Shown here: in pieces, positions 22,487 through 30,768 of the stretch
Numbering within the stretch: position 1 is the stretch's first letter
How the letters are laid out: each line of letters begins with the position of its first letter
Origin: Candidatus Nanosynbacter lyticus
Lineage (GTDB): Bacteria; Patescibacteriota; Saccharimonadia; Saccharimonadales; Saccharimonadaceae
Direction: 5' to 3'
Assembly: GCF_000803625.1 (NCBI RefSeq)
Contig: NZ_CP007496.1
Location: forward strand, 660,001 to 692,000
Length of the DNA: 32,000 nt
Notes under the pieces: model-generated
What the model saw: the letters and a program-made list of their open reading frames with translations, nothing else
Told to the model about the DNA's origin: nothing
The model's database searches: none
Translations under genes and position numbers: made by a program

Positions 22487-23332
22487 ATGAATTCAAATAA
22501 CATTTTTATCGTCGGAGCAAATGGTCAACTAGGGCGGGCACTTCGTCAACAATATCCAGAAGCACAGTTCGCCGACATAGACGAGATGGATATTACTGAC
22601 CGCCAATCAGTTGAGTCATTTGATTGGTCAGGAATATCAATCGTTTTAAACGCAGCAGCCTTTACTAATGTTGACGGCGCAGAAACACCAGAAGGTCGCG
22701 TTGCAGCCTGGAAGGTTAACGCCTCAGCGGTTGCCAACCTAACCCGAGTTTGTCGCTCTCACAATATGACTTTAGTACATATTTCCAGCGATTACGTATT
22801 TGACGGGACAAAAGAACCACATTATGAAAGCGAAGACTTTAGTCCGCTGAGTGTTTATGGTGCATCAAAGGCTGCTGGAGATTTGTTGGTTGAACAACTC
22901 GATAATTTTTACCTACTGCGTACTACTTGGGTGATTGGTGAAGGTAAAAATTTCGTCCGCACCATGCTGGGATTGGCGGAGAAAAATATTTCACCAACTG
23001 TTGTTCATGACCAAATTGGCCGGCTAACCTTTACTAATGAATTGGTGAGAATTATTGACCACCTGCTGTCAACTAAGGCACCGTTTGGCACATACAACGC
23101 CACCAACGATGGCCCGTTGGAAAGCTGGGCTGACATTACCAGGCGAATATTTAAGCTGGCTGGGCGCAATGACCTGACTGTTACCAACACGACGACGGCT
23201 GAATATTTTGCTGGCAAAGATGGGATTGCACCACGTCCATTAGGCAGCAACATGAGCCTTGACAAGTTACATTCAACTGGATTTACTAGCTGTGATTGGA
23301 CGCATGACTTAAAAGATTATATACTGAGCTAA
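22487..23332 (+). CDS. rfbD: dTDP-4-dehydrorhamnose reductase
   Basis: [29 protein letters not shown] (YxxxK). Position within the rml operon. Confidence 0.9.
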   Translation: MNSNNIFIVGANGQLGRALRQQYPEAQFADIDEMDITDRQSVESFDWSGISIVLNAAAFTNVDGAETPEGRVAAWKVNASAVANLTRVCRSHNMTLVHISSDYVFDGTKEPHYESEDFSPLSVYGASKAAGDLLVEQLDNFYLLRTTWVIGEGKNFVRTMLGLAEKNISPTVVHDQIGRLTFTNELVRIIDHLLSTKAPFGTYNATNDGPLESWADITRRIFKLAGRNDLTVTNTTTAEYFAGKDGIAPRPLGSNMSLDKLHSTGFTSCDWTHDLKDYILS

Positions 23333-23342
23333 AAGGAGTTTT

Positions 23343-24188
23343 ATGAAAGGAATAATTTTAGCAGGTGGATCAGGGACGCGCCTTTGGCCAATTACTCAGG
23401 CGATCAGTAAACAACTAATGCCGATTTATGATAAGCCGATGATTTATTATCCGCTTACTACACTCATGCAGGCAGGAATTCGCGATATTTTGATAATTAC
23501 CACACCAGACGACCAGGCTGGCTTTCAACGACTCCTTGGCGACGGTTCACAGTGGGGTATCACCCTCGAATATGCCGTTCAACCTAGCCCAGACGGCCTA
23601 GCACAAGCCTTCATCATCGGTGAAGATTTCATTGGCGACGACAAGGTGGCGTTAGTCCTGGGAGATAACATCTTCCACGGTGAGCGGCTGGATGAATCTC
23701 TACAGGGGTGTACTAATCCTGATGGTGGTATAGTTTTTGCCTACAAGGTTTCTGACCCAGAACGATACGGTGTTGTCGAGTTTGATGAACAAAATCAAGC
23801 TATTTCCATTGAAGAAAAACCAGCCAAGCCAAAATCAAACTTTGCCGTTGTTGGTTTGTATTTTTATGACAATGACGTGGTCGAAATCGCCAAGAACGTC
23901 AAACCATCCGACCGCGGTGAGCTAGAGATTACCTCCATCAATGCTAAATACTTGCGCCGCGGTAAACTGCGGGTCCAAGCCTTAGACAACGGTGACGTTT
24001 GGCTGGATACTGGAACGATTGACAGCCTGACCGATGCCTCTGACTTTGTTCGGGTTATCCAAAAACGAACCGGCCGCATCATTGGTAGTCCAGAAAAAAT
24101 TGCCTTTAAAAATGGCTGGATTAATCGGGATCAGCTTAGCAAGCTCTCTGAGCCGCTGAAAAAATCTGGTTACGGTAAGTATTTATAA
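23343..24188 (+). CDS. rfbA: Glucose-1-phosphate thymidylyltransferase
   Basis: [18 protein letters not shown] signature. SD AAAGGAG upstream. Confidence 0.93.
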   Translation: MKGIILAGGSGTRLWPITQAISKQLMPIYDKPMIYYPLTTLMQAGIRDILIITTPDDQAGFQRLLGDGSQWGITLEYAVQPSPDGLAQAFIIGEDFIGDDKVALVLGDNIFHGERLDESLQGCTNPDGGIVFAYKVSDPERYGVVEFDEQNQAISIEEKPAKPKSNFAVVGLYFYDNDVVEIAKNVKPSDRGELEITSINAKYLRRGKLRVQALDNGDVWLDTGTIDSLTDASDFVRVIQKRTGRIIGSPEKIAFKNGWINRDQLSKLSEPLKKSGYGKYL

Positions 24189-24192
24189 ATAG

Positions 24193-24201
24193 TGTTATAC
24201 T
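24193..24201 (+). promoter_or_regulatory. Extended -10 element TGTTATACT placed 6 nt from the GT2 ATG (leaderless-type promoter)
   Basis: The plus strand reads TGTTATACT-ATTAAC-ATG(24208). There is no SD. Confidence 0.45.
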
Positions 24202-24207
24202 ATTAAC

Positions 24208-24912
24208 ATGAAGAGGGTTTGTGTTATTATTCCAGCTTATAACGAGGCAGCTGTCATTGAAAGTGTAATTAAAAAAGCCAAGAAGGTTTTTTCAAAAGCC
24301 AAGAAAGATTATTTGATAGATATCGTACTTGTTAATGACGGGTCGAAGGATAATACTCTTGATCAAGCGCAAAAAGGCGGCGCAATTGTCATTGATCATA
24401 TCTTGAATTCCGGAGCTGGCGGTGCAACACTAACTGGACTTGCCTACGCGCAGCAACGCGGCTATGATATTGCCGCCACCATGGATGCTGATGGTCAGCA
24501 CGATCCAGAAGATGTCTTGGCGGGCATTCGACAGAGCGACAAATCTAACACTGATTTACTTATCGGTAGCCGGCTCATCAATAGCGAAGGCATGTCTAGG
24601 ACTAAGGTTTTGGGAAATAAAGGCTTAAGTTTCATCACTTATGCTCTGTTTGGCATCAATGTCACTGATTCACAGTCCGGTCTGCGAGTTTACTCGCGAA
24701 AGGCAATTGATAACCTCGACTGGAAATCGACTGGCTACGAATTTTGCTCAGAGATGATTTGGCGCGCCAAACAAGCAGGCATGGTTATTTCCGAATACCC
24801 AATTAAAGCAATTTACACCGACTATTCCCGTGCCAAAGGTCAAAACAACTGGAATGCCATCAATATTGTCAAACGACTATTTAAGCAACGCTTAACGGAG
24901 TTATTCGAATGA
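24208..24912 (+). CDS. Glycosyltransferase family 2 (polyprenol-phosphate sugar synthase / GtrB-like), 234 aa
   Basis: VIIPAYNEA, VNDGSKD and DADGQHDP (DxD) motifs. The small size and lack of TM helices fit a polyprenyl-phosphate glycosyl synthase. Confidence 0.8.
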   Translation: MKRVCVIIPAYNEAAVIESVIKKAKKVFSKAKKDYLIDIVLVNDGSKDNTLDQAQKGGAIVIDHILNSGAGGATLTGLAYAQQRGYDIAATMDADGQHDPEDVLAGIRQSDKSNTDLLIGSRLINSEGMSRTKVLGNKGLSFITYALFGINVTDSQSGLRVYSRKAIDNLDWKSTGYEFCSEMIWRAKQAGMVISEYPIKAIYTDYSRAKGQNNWNAINIVKRLFKQRLTELFE

Positions 24913-25262
24913 GATACCTTGTCCTTGTATTACTTAATGTGCCGATTATTTTAGCAGCATTGATCAATATCATCACTCAGTACAAACTGCGCAAAGTCAG
25001 CGTAGCACGCTTTCGTCATCAATTAATCATCTGGGTAGTTATCATGGTTGTCCTGATTGGGTCATTTCCTCTGTATAATATTTCGATTGGCCATCCGCCG
25101 CTGGATTCATCAGAGTTAAGCTTATTTGATATTTTGCAAACTACAGCGATTATTTTGCTATTCTACATCGCCAACAACCAGCGCCAGCGTATCGACCAAA
25201 ACGAGCGAAGACTACGCGATTTACATCAAGAATTATCAATTAGGCTGTCGGATGAAAAATAG
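24909..25262 (+). CDS. Small integral membrane protein (DUF2304-like), 117 aa
   Basis: Three to four hydrophobic helices and a charged C-terminal helix (QRQRIDQNERRLRDLHQEL). The ATGA overlap with the upstream GT2 matches the usual genomic partner of DUF2304 proteins as I recall; the family call is unverified. Confidence 0.5.
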   Translation: MRYLVLVLLNVPIILAALINIITQYKLRKVSVARFRHQLIIWVVIMVVLIGSFPLYNISIGHPPLDSSELSLFDILQTTAIILLFYIANNQRQRIDQNERRLRDLHQELSIRLSDEK

Positions 25263-26067
25263 TATTGATATCATCGTACCTTACTGGGGTGAGTTTTCAC
25301 TGCTGAAACAAACCGTCGATTCAGTGCTAGCACAAACCAGCAAAGCCTGGCATTTAACGATCCTCGACGATCATTATCCAGATAAGACCGCCTATGATTA
25401 TTACAAAAAGTTAAATGATAAACGCATCACATATATCAGACATAGCAAAAATATTGGTATCACTGCCAACTTTAATTACGCTATTCAGCATGCAAGCGCA
25501 CCGTATTGCATGATTGTTGGCTGCGACGACAAGCTATTGCCTAACTATGTTGCAACTATGCTAAAAAATATCGGTGAAGCAGATTTTTATCAGCCTCGCG
25601 TACAAATAATCGACGACAAAAGTAACGTATATCTACCGCTTGTCGATAAAGTGAAAAGAATATTGCAGCCTAAAAAATCCAGCATACTGTCTGGCGAAAA
25701 ACTTGCCGCGTCGCTTTGCCACGGTAATTGGCTTTATTTTCCATCCATCACTTGGAAAACCGATACTCTCAAACGATATTCATTTGATACAAAGTATAAA
25801 ATCCTTGAAGACGTCATCGTCGAATTAACCATGATTATTGATGGCGCTTCGCTTTGTTTTGACACAACAGAAACTTTTCAATACCGCCGTTTTGCCGAGT
25901 CGTTATCTAGCAAGGAAAAAGGTAAAAATGGTGTCCGATTCAAGGAAGAGAACGAAGTCTATGATAATTTTTCCGATAGGTTTAATGAGATTGGCTGGAA
26001 AAAAGCCGCACGAGCAGCAAAACTTCGCGTGACATCACGCATCCACAGTTTCCTGTCGCGGTTTTAG
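25252..26067 (+). CDS. Glycosyltransferase family 2, 271 aa
   Basis: IDIIVPYWGE, LTILDDHYPD and MIVGCDDKL (DxD-type) motifs. ATG 25252 is preferred over the ORF-track start at 25126, which lies inside the preceding gene. Confidence 0.75.
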   Translation: MKNSIDIIVPYWGEFSLLKQTVDSVLAQTSKAWHLTILDDHYPDKTAYDYYKKLNDKRITYIRHSKNIGITANFNYAIQHASAPYCMIVGCDDKLLPNYVATMLKNIGEADFYQPRVQIIDDKSNVYLPLVDKVKRILQPKKSSILSGEKLAASLCHGNWLYFPSITWKTDTLKRYSFDTKYKILEDVIVELTMIIDGASLCFDTTETFQYRRFAESLSSKEKGKNGVRFKEENEVYDNFSDRFNEIGWKKAARAAKLRVTSRIHSFLSRF

Positions 26068-26083
26068 CGCTTATCCTATCACT

Positions 26084-27067
26084 CTATTTTGTCTTTGCAA
26101 ACTTACGATTAACCGCCCACGTATACAGATTGACGATTATCGATTGCGGCAATAGGTCATACAGTCGCCAGTTTATGTCTTTCTTCGCCACTGGCATTTT
26201 AGCGTTTTTCCAGGGCGTTAGTTTCAAATATTTACGCCACAAAAAACCAACTGGATTATCGTTACCCCGCTGCCATGGCCGACCGTTCACACCAAACTGC
26301 GAATGAATGATCTTCGGCGTGTAGTAACTCTCCATGATTTCATCATAACTGTAAAAGCTTTCAGGCAAGAAACCGTTGGCTTTAATGTATTTTTTAATAT
26401 CATAGCCATAGAAAACAGTCGAGAAATTATATTCCACACCAACTTTCTTGATCTTACCTTTGAAAAACACGTTGCACAAATCTTGGTCAGCCACCTCGTA
26501 GCTATTGTGCCGCAAATGCTCGCGCATCTTGGCATCAATCTTATCTTTCATCCATTTTTTGTGATTGATAAGCATAATTCCACAGTTAAAGTAGCCGTCG
26601 GTTGGTTTCAAACCAATGACATCTTTGTGCGCGTTCACCATGGTAGCGTCGTACGACAGAGCCATCACATTACCCTCGAAATCAAGCTCCAGAAGACCAT
26701 CAAGCGCACCACTAATCACCGTGTGCGGGTTAATGTACAAAATTCGGTCCGTTTTAATATCAAGCTTAGCAAACGCCAACATCTTATACCACGTGATATA
26801 CAGCCCCTTCCAAGCCTTAACGCCGATCTCTTTCAGTTCATCATGGTAGCTTGAGACATCAACAAACGTAATTGTGGCATTCTGGTAGTTACCAACCATT
26901 TTGTTGAATTTATTGATACTATCTTTTTCCAGCTGGTGTCCGAGGTAAAAAATATTAATCTCTTTCAAATGTTTATTGTTCTCCAAAAGCGATACAATAG
27001 AAATTGCACTGACTACGGCATAGTTGTCATCACTTTGATATATAACATTTATAATTCCTTTATTCAT
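26084..27067 (-). CDS. Glycosyltransferase family 8 (LgtC/RfaJ-like) with an atypical metal-site motif, 327 aa
   Basis: NVIYQSDDNYAVVS, YFNCGIMLINHKKW, ADQDLCNVF and IIHSQFG..GRPW align to GT8 landmarks. The position of the DxD motif reads LYINPHT (N113-P-H115, nt 26723-26731). Confidence 0.8.
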   Translation of the reverse strand: MNKGIINVIYQSDDNYAVVSAISIVSLLENNKHLKEINIFYLGHQLEKDSINKFNKMVGNYQNATITFVDVSSYHDELKEIGVKAWKGLYITWYKMLAFAKLDIKTDRILYINPHTVISGALDGLLELDFEGNVMALSYDATMVNAHKDVIGLKPTDGYFNCGIMLINHKKWMKDKIDAKMREHLRHNSYEVADQDLCNVFFKGKIKKVGVEYNFSTVFYGYDIKKYIKANGFLPESFYSYDEIMESYYTPKIIHSQFGVNGRPWQRGNDNPVGFLWRKYLKLTPWKNAKMPVAKKDINWRLYDLLPQSIIVNLYTWAVNRKFAKTK

Positions 27068-27078
27068 GACTGTAATTC

Positions 27079-27936
27079 CTATCCACTAACCGGCAGTTGT
27101 TTAATGTAATCTTTCAGCATGTCCGTGTAGTCTCTTGGCGTGAAACCTGCTCGACGCAACTTCGACAAGTCCATATCACTATTGAGTGGTCGTGGCGCAA
27201 AGCCTGGTTTGCTGGCAGCGTATTCCTCGGTAGAAATTGGTTGCACACGATTGCGGTCATGTCCGGCGTATTCGAACACATCGGCAGCAATTTCATACCA
27301 TGATTTAACTGGACCTTCGTTAGTGACATTGTATAGTCCGTATGCTACGTTATTATCTAAGAAATATTTAGTAGCTCGAGCAATCTCTGACGCAAACGTC
27401 AGCCGACCAAACTGATCATTAACTACTTTTGGATTGATGCGCATATCCGCCAATTTTTTCATAGTTTTTGGCATATTGTGACCGTCACCAACGACCCAAG
27501 ATACCCGCATAATGTAGTGTTTTGGCACTAAGCTAACCACCAAATCACCCGCCGCCTTACTTTCTCCATAAACCAAAAGAGGCGCAACCACTTCATCATC
27601 TTGATGGTTTTTCTCCCGACCGTCCCAGACATAATCTGATGAATAGTGGACAAGGGTCTTATTCTGCTCAATAGCAATCTTAGCTAGGTTGCGTGGACCA
27701 TAAGCATTCGCCAACCACGTCTTAGCACGCAGGTCGTCTGTCTCAGAACCATCAGCGTTAACCAAGGCTGCCGCATTTATGATAACGTCGTATTTCGACC
27801 AATCAAACGCGTCTATTTGCGCTTCATCGGATATATCTAATTCTTCTCGTGATAACGCCTTGGCGTCTGGAAACATAACACACAGCGCCCTACCCAGTTG
27901 TCCACTTGCTCCCACAATTACATACTTCTTACTCAT
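27079..27936 (-). CDS. Second RmlD-like NAD(P)-dependent dTDP-4-keto-6-deoxyhexose reductase paralogue, 285 aa
   Basis: VIVGASGQLGRAL, SSDYVWDG and YGESKAAGD. It is collinear with the rfbD product at 22487-23332 but clearly diverged. Confidence 0.8.
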   Translation of the reverse strand: MSKKYVIVGASGQLGRALCVMFPDAKALSREELDISDEAQIDAFDWSKYDVIINAAALVNADGSETDDLRAKTWLANAYGPRNLAKIAIEQNKTLVHYSSDYVWDGREKNHQDDEVVAPLLVYGESKAAGDLVVSLVPKHYIMRVSWVVGDGHNMPKTMKKLADMRINPKVVNDQFGRLTFASEIARATKYFLDNNVAYGLYNVTNEGPVKSWYEIAADVFEYAGHDRNRVQPISTEEYAASKPGFAPRPLNSDMDLSKLRRAGFTPRDYTDMLKDYIKQLPVSG

Positions 27937-29189
27937 AACTCCCCTTTTCTCTTGTCAATTATTATAGCATCTTTTAGTGACCGCTTGTAGATAACCAACA
28001 GAAGTGCTAGTTGCAAAAAGCTGATCAGCATAAAAACTAACACACTACCCAACATCGCCAACTGCTCAATCAGGCATATAGACATCACTACCGCCAAAAC
28101 ATCTGTGAGTAGCAATGTATAAAACTGCCCCTTAAACCGACGCATAATTATCAGCAAATTAACATAAATCGACACAAAAGCGTTCGCCGCCGCGCCAATC
28201 ACCATAATAGTCAAATCAAGGCGGAAATTATTGATATTGATGCCAAAAATAACGTTAAGCATCCAAACACCAATCAAATAGCTCAGGACAACTGAAAGTA
28301 CGCCCATCCCAAAAGTTATTTGATTAATCTTACCAACAATTCGCGCGAACTCCTTCAATTTTCCTTTTGCTAATAACTCAGACAAATTCACGACATTCGG
28401 CTGAATGATAAACGATATGAAGAGTCCAAGGAGCGTAATTGGCATCGCCATAATGCCAAAATAGCCAATTTGGTCAGGATGGGACTTGTCCAAAAAATAC
28501 CGCGGGATATTGAGTGAAAACATCGTCAAAAACATCACAACGAACACCACTGAAGTGTGTTTCATGATGACAACAGCCTGGGTGATATACTCTTTGCATA
28601 ATTTTTTACTTATACTGATAGTTTCAACGCGCCGCACCCAAAGTATATCGTAGAGGAATATAATCAGCATATTAATCAATAATATTGCCAACGTGCCGTA
28701 TATGACATTTTTAGTGACAATGTCAACCGCCATGAACGCCGCAAAACCAAGCATCGCTTTCATAGTTAATGATATGCCAGCGATATATAGCTTATGATGA
28801 ATTTGCAGGACACCGTATAGCGAGTCGGCGATTGATTCTAGTATCTTAAAGGTTACCAAAATCATGATCAGACCTGTCTTTGTAGTGTTATATCCGTTAA
28901 GGAAGCAAAATGCTACCGCGGAAATCGCCACAATGAGTGATGCGACGAAGCGTACAGCAACATAGCCGCCACTCGAAAATTCCCGCTTAATATCAGATAC
29001 TTGATAGGTCCGACCACCCCATAAAGAAACCGCCCAAAACACCACCGAAAGCGACAGCGCAAACGAAAATAACCCAGAATCCTCGATGCCATTCAACCGC
29101 GTAATAACAATCAATAATACTGGTGAAATTGCACTCTGTAACAATGAACCTAACGAGTTCCAGATGTAGTCCTTTTTCTGCGATTGCAT
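27933..29189 (-). CDS. Wzx-type polysaccharide flippase (MOP superfamily), 418 aa
   Basis: About 12 predicted TM helices, typical size, and a location in the glycan cluster. Its stop overlaps the start of the RmlD-like gene (27933-27936). Confidence 0.7.
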   Translation of the reverse strand: MQSQKKDYIWNSLGSLLQSAISPVLLIVITRLNGIEDSGLFSFALSLSVVFWAVSLWGGRTYQVSDIKREFSSGGYVAVRFVASLIVAISAVAFCFLNGYNTTKTGLIMILVTFKILESIADSLYGVLQIHHKLYIAGISLTMKAMLGFAAFMAVDIVTKNVIYGTLAILLINMLIIFLYDILWVRRVETISISKKLCKEYITQAVVIMKHTSVVFVVMFLTMFSLNIPRYFLDKSHPDQIGYFGIMAMPITLLGLFISFIIQPNVVNLSELLAKGKLKEFARIVGKINQITFGMGVLSVVLSYLIGVWMLNVIFGININNFRLDLTIMVIGAAANAFVSIYVNLLIIMRRFKGQFYTLLLTDVLAVVMSICLIEQLAMLGSVLVFMLISFLQLALLLVIYKRSLKDAIIIDKRKGEL

Positions 29190-29195
29190 ATCATT

Positions 29196-29204
29196 AGTAT
29201 AGCA
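29196..29204 (-). promoter_or_regulatory. Extended -10 element TGCTATACT placed 6 nt from the flippase ATG (leaderless-type promoter)
   Basis: The minus strand reads TGCTATACT-AATGAT-ATG(29189). There is no SD. Confidence 0.45.
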
Positions 29205-29207
29205 AGT

Positions 29208-29236
29208 TTGCTCAATAAACTACTCTACTTTATAAT
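29208..29236 (+). promoter_or_regulatory. Candidate promoter of the first DUF2142-like gene (-35 TTGCTC, 17-nt spacer, -10 TATAAT)
   Basis: TTGCTC = 29208-29213 and TATAAT = 29231-29236, 11 nt before ATG 29248. This implies a very short leader with no SD. Confidence 0.4.
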
Positions 29237-29247
29237 TTGCTTAGTAT

Positions 29248-29340
29248 ATGAAAAAATATTGGTCTTTATTCTTATCTTTTATTAAAAAGCCTGAAAATGT
29301 CTTTATATCTTTGTCATTGTTTTTTGGAGTGTTGTCGGCA
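29248..29340 (+). repeat. 5' near-identical block of the tandem duplication (93 bp, 3 mismatches versus 30676-30768)
   Basis: Base-by-base comparison by eye. Identity starts exactly at the ATG and collapses after ...TTGTCGGCA. Confidence 0.85.
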
Positions 29341-30636
29341 GCCACCGTACCTCTGCTATCAATCAATGACGAAGGTGTACATTATATGCGGGCCTATGGG
29401 CTATCCCAAGGAAAAATTGAATCAGGAGTTGCCTGTACTTTACCTAAAGAAGTGGTATTAAAAGCAAAAGAAGCAGATGTAAATAATTTCGTAACTAGCT
29501 ATAAGAAAACTATAAATCGTAGCGATACAGAGACAGGGAAATGCAGTAGCGCAACTGGCTATCCTCCAATTATGCATCTACCGCAGACAATTGGTATCAT
29601 TTTGGCAAATCTCGTACACGGTTCACTTGGGATAACTATTATATTCGGAAGATTAGCCAACCTAATATTTTATTCATTTGCTCTTTATTTCATCATAAAA
29701 TGGGTACGCGTTGGCAAATGGGCATTCGTAGCAACCGGCCTATTTCCGCTAATGATACATTTGGCAGCGTCTCTTTCCGGAGATAGTGTGACAAATATCG
29801 CAATTTTTACCGCTATTGCTGCTACATTAAATTTCTTTAGTCAAAAAAGCCCGTTAACTCGACAACAGCAGTTGCTTATTATTGCTGTAGCCTGCTTGTT
29901 AATTCTCACAAAGTCGGTAACAATACTCTTATTATCACCAGTCATTTTCTTGCCAAAGCGCCTCTTTGTTCCAGATAAAAAATCAAAAATATCTTTTATT
30001 CCGCAAAAATGGTTGGTTCTCTCAGCAGCAGCAATATTAGCAGGCCTTTGTTTAATAGCGTGGCTTCATGTATACACACAACCCCTACTCACCACTGGCG
30101 CACCGCATAATCCGCTTCATAGCAATCCGCTCAAATTTATCCAGATATTATTTAATACTTACCTAAACCCAAACCTGCCCGTATCCGACGATATCCTGAG
30201 GGGCGTGATTGGCGCATTCTCTGCTTTTAAATACGGGCTGCCACTTTTTATATTACTACCATCATTTTCCCTCCTCTTCCTCTCTCTCCTTCATTACAAC
30301 AAGAAAGACCAGGAGTTATTAGGAGAGCAGACTGGTAAATTGGCAGTGTATAATTTGGCGACAATTGGGTTGTTTGTTTGTGCAGTGTCGTATGCTATGT
30401 ATACAGCGTGGGCCTTATTGCCATTTAGGTTTGGCGAGGGAGCGTATTATGCGGATGGTGTTCAGGGTAGATATTTTACAGCAACAGCAGCTATGTTGGT
30501 GCCGGTAGGATTGTGGCTGCAGAAGTATATTAATGTGAGAACTAAGAATGACAAGGTATTTAACCTTATTATGTTCTTTGGGCTAGCTTTAGTGCTTGGG
30601 TTTTATGTTTTTGAGACGGTGTGGAAATTTAAGTAG
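29248..30636 (+). CDS. Polytopic membrane protein, DUF2142-like (putative GT-C-type glycosyltransferase), copy 1, 462 aa
   Basis: About 10-12 TM helices with an extracytoplasmic loop after helix 1 (SINDEGVHYMRAYGLSQGKIE...) and the conserved GYPPIMHLPQ. Located in the glycan cluster. The family call is from memory and unverified. Confidence 0.6.
   Translation: MKKYWSLFLSFIKKPENVFISLSLFFGVLSAATVPLLSINDEGVHYMRAYGLSQGKIESGVACTLPKEVVLKAKEADVNNFVTSYKKTINRSDTETGKCSSATGYPPIMHLPQTIGIILANLVHGSLGITIIFGRLANLIFYSFALYFIIKWVRVGKWAFVATGLFPLMIHLAASLSGDSVTNIAIFTAIAATLNFFSQKSPLTRQQQLLIIAVACLLILTKSVTILLLSPVIFLPKRLFVPDKKSKISFIPQKWLVLSAAAILAGLCLIAWLHVYTQPLLTTGAPHNPLHSNPLKFIQILFNTYLNPNLPVSDDILRGVIGAFSAFKYGLPLFILLPSFSLLFLSLLHYNKKDQELLGEQTGKLAVYNLATIGLFVCAVSYAMYTAWALLPFRFGEGAYYADGVQGRYFTATAAMLVPVGLWLQKYINVRTKNDKVFNLIMFFGLALVLGFYVFETVWKFK
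30265..30572 (+). repeat. 3' block identical to 31693-32000 (308 bp, no mismatch seen; truncated by the window end)
   Basis: Line-by-line comparison by eye, offset 1428 nt. The bases immediately upstream (30263-30264 versus 31691-31692) differ. Confidence 0.85.
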
Positions 30637-30656
30637 CTATCCTAATCATGACAATG

Positions 30657-30665
30657 TGCTAGAAT
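30657..30665 (+). promoter_or_regulatory. Candidate extended -10 element TGCTAGAAT in front of the second DUF2142-like gene
   Basis: The element ends 10 nt before ATG 30676. There is no SD. Confidence 0.3.
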
Positions 30666-30675
30666 AAAAACAGTT

Positions 30676-30768
30676 ATGAAAAAATATTGGTCTTTATTCT
30701 TATATTTTATTAAAAAGCCTGAAAATGTCTTTATATCTTTGTCATTGTTCTTTGGAGTATTGTCGGCA
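30676..30768 (+). repeat. Partner of the 5' near-identical block (versus 29248-29340)
   Basis: Same comparison, offset 1428 nt. Confidence 0.85.

Noticed and set aside
26303-26854. 183-aa plus-strand ORF antisense to the GT8 gene (also 26616-26849 and 26287-26538).
   Set aside because: The GT8 frame carries all family landmarks. The antisense ORF has no motifs and no start signals.
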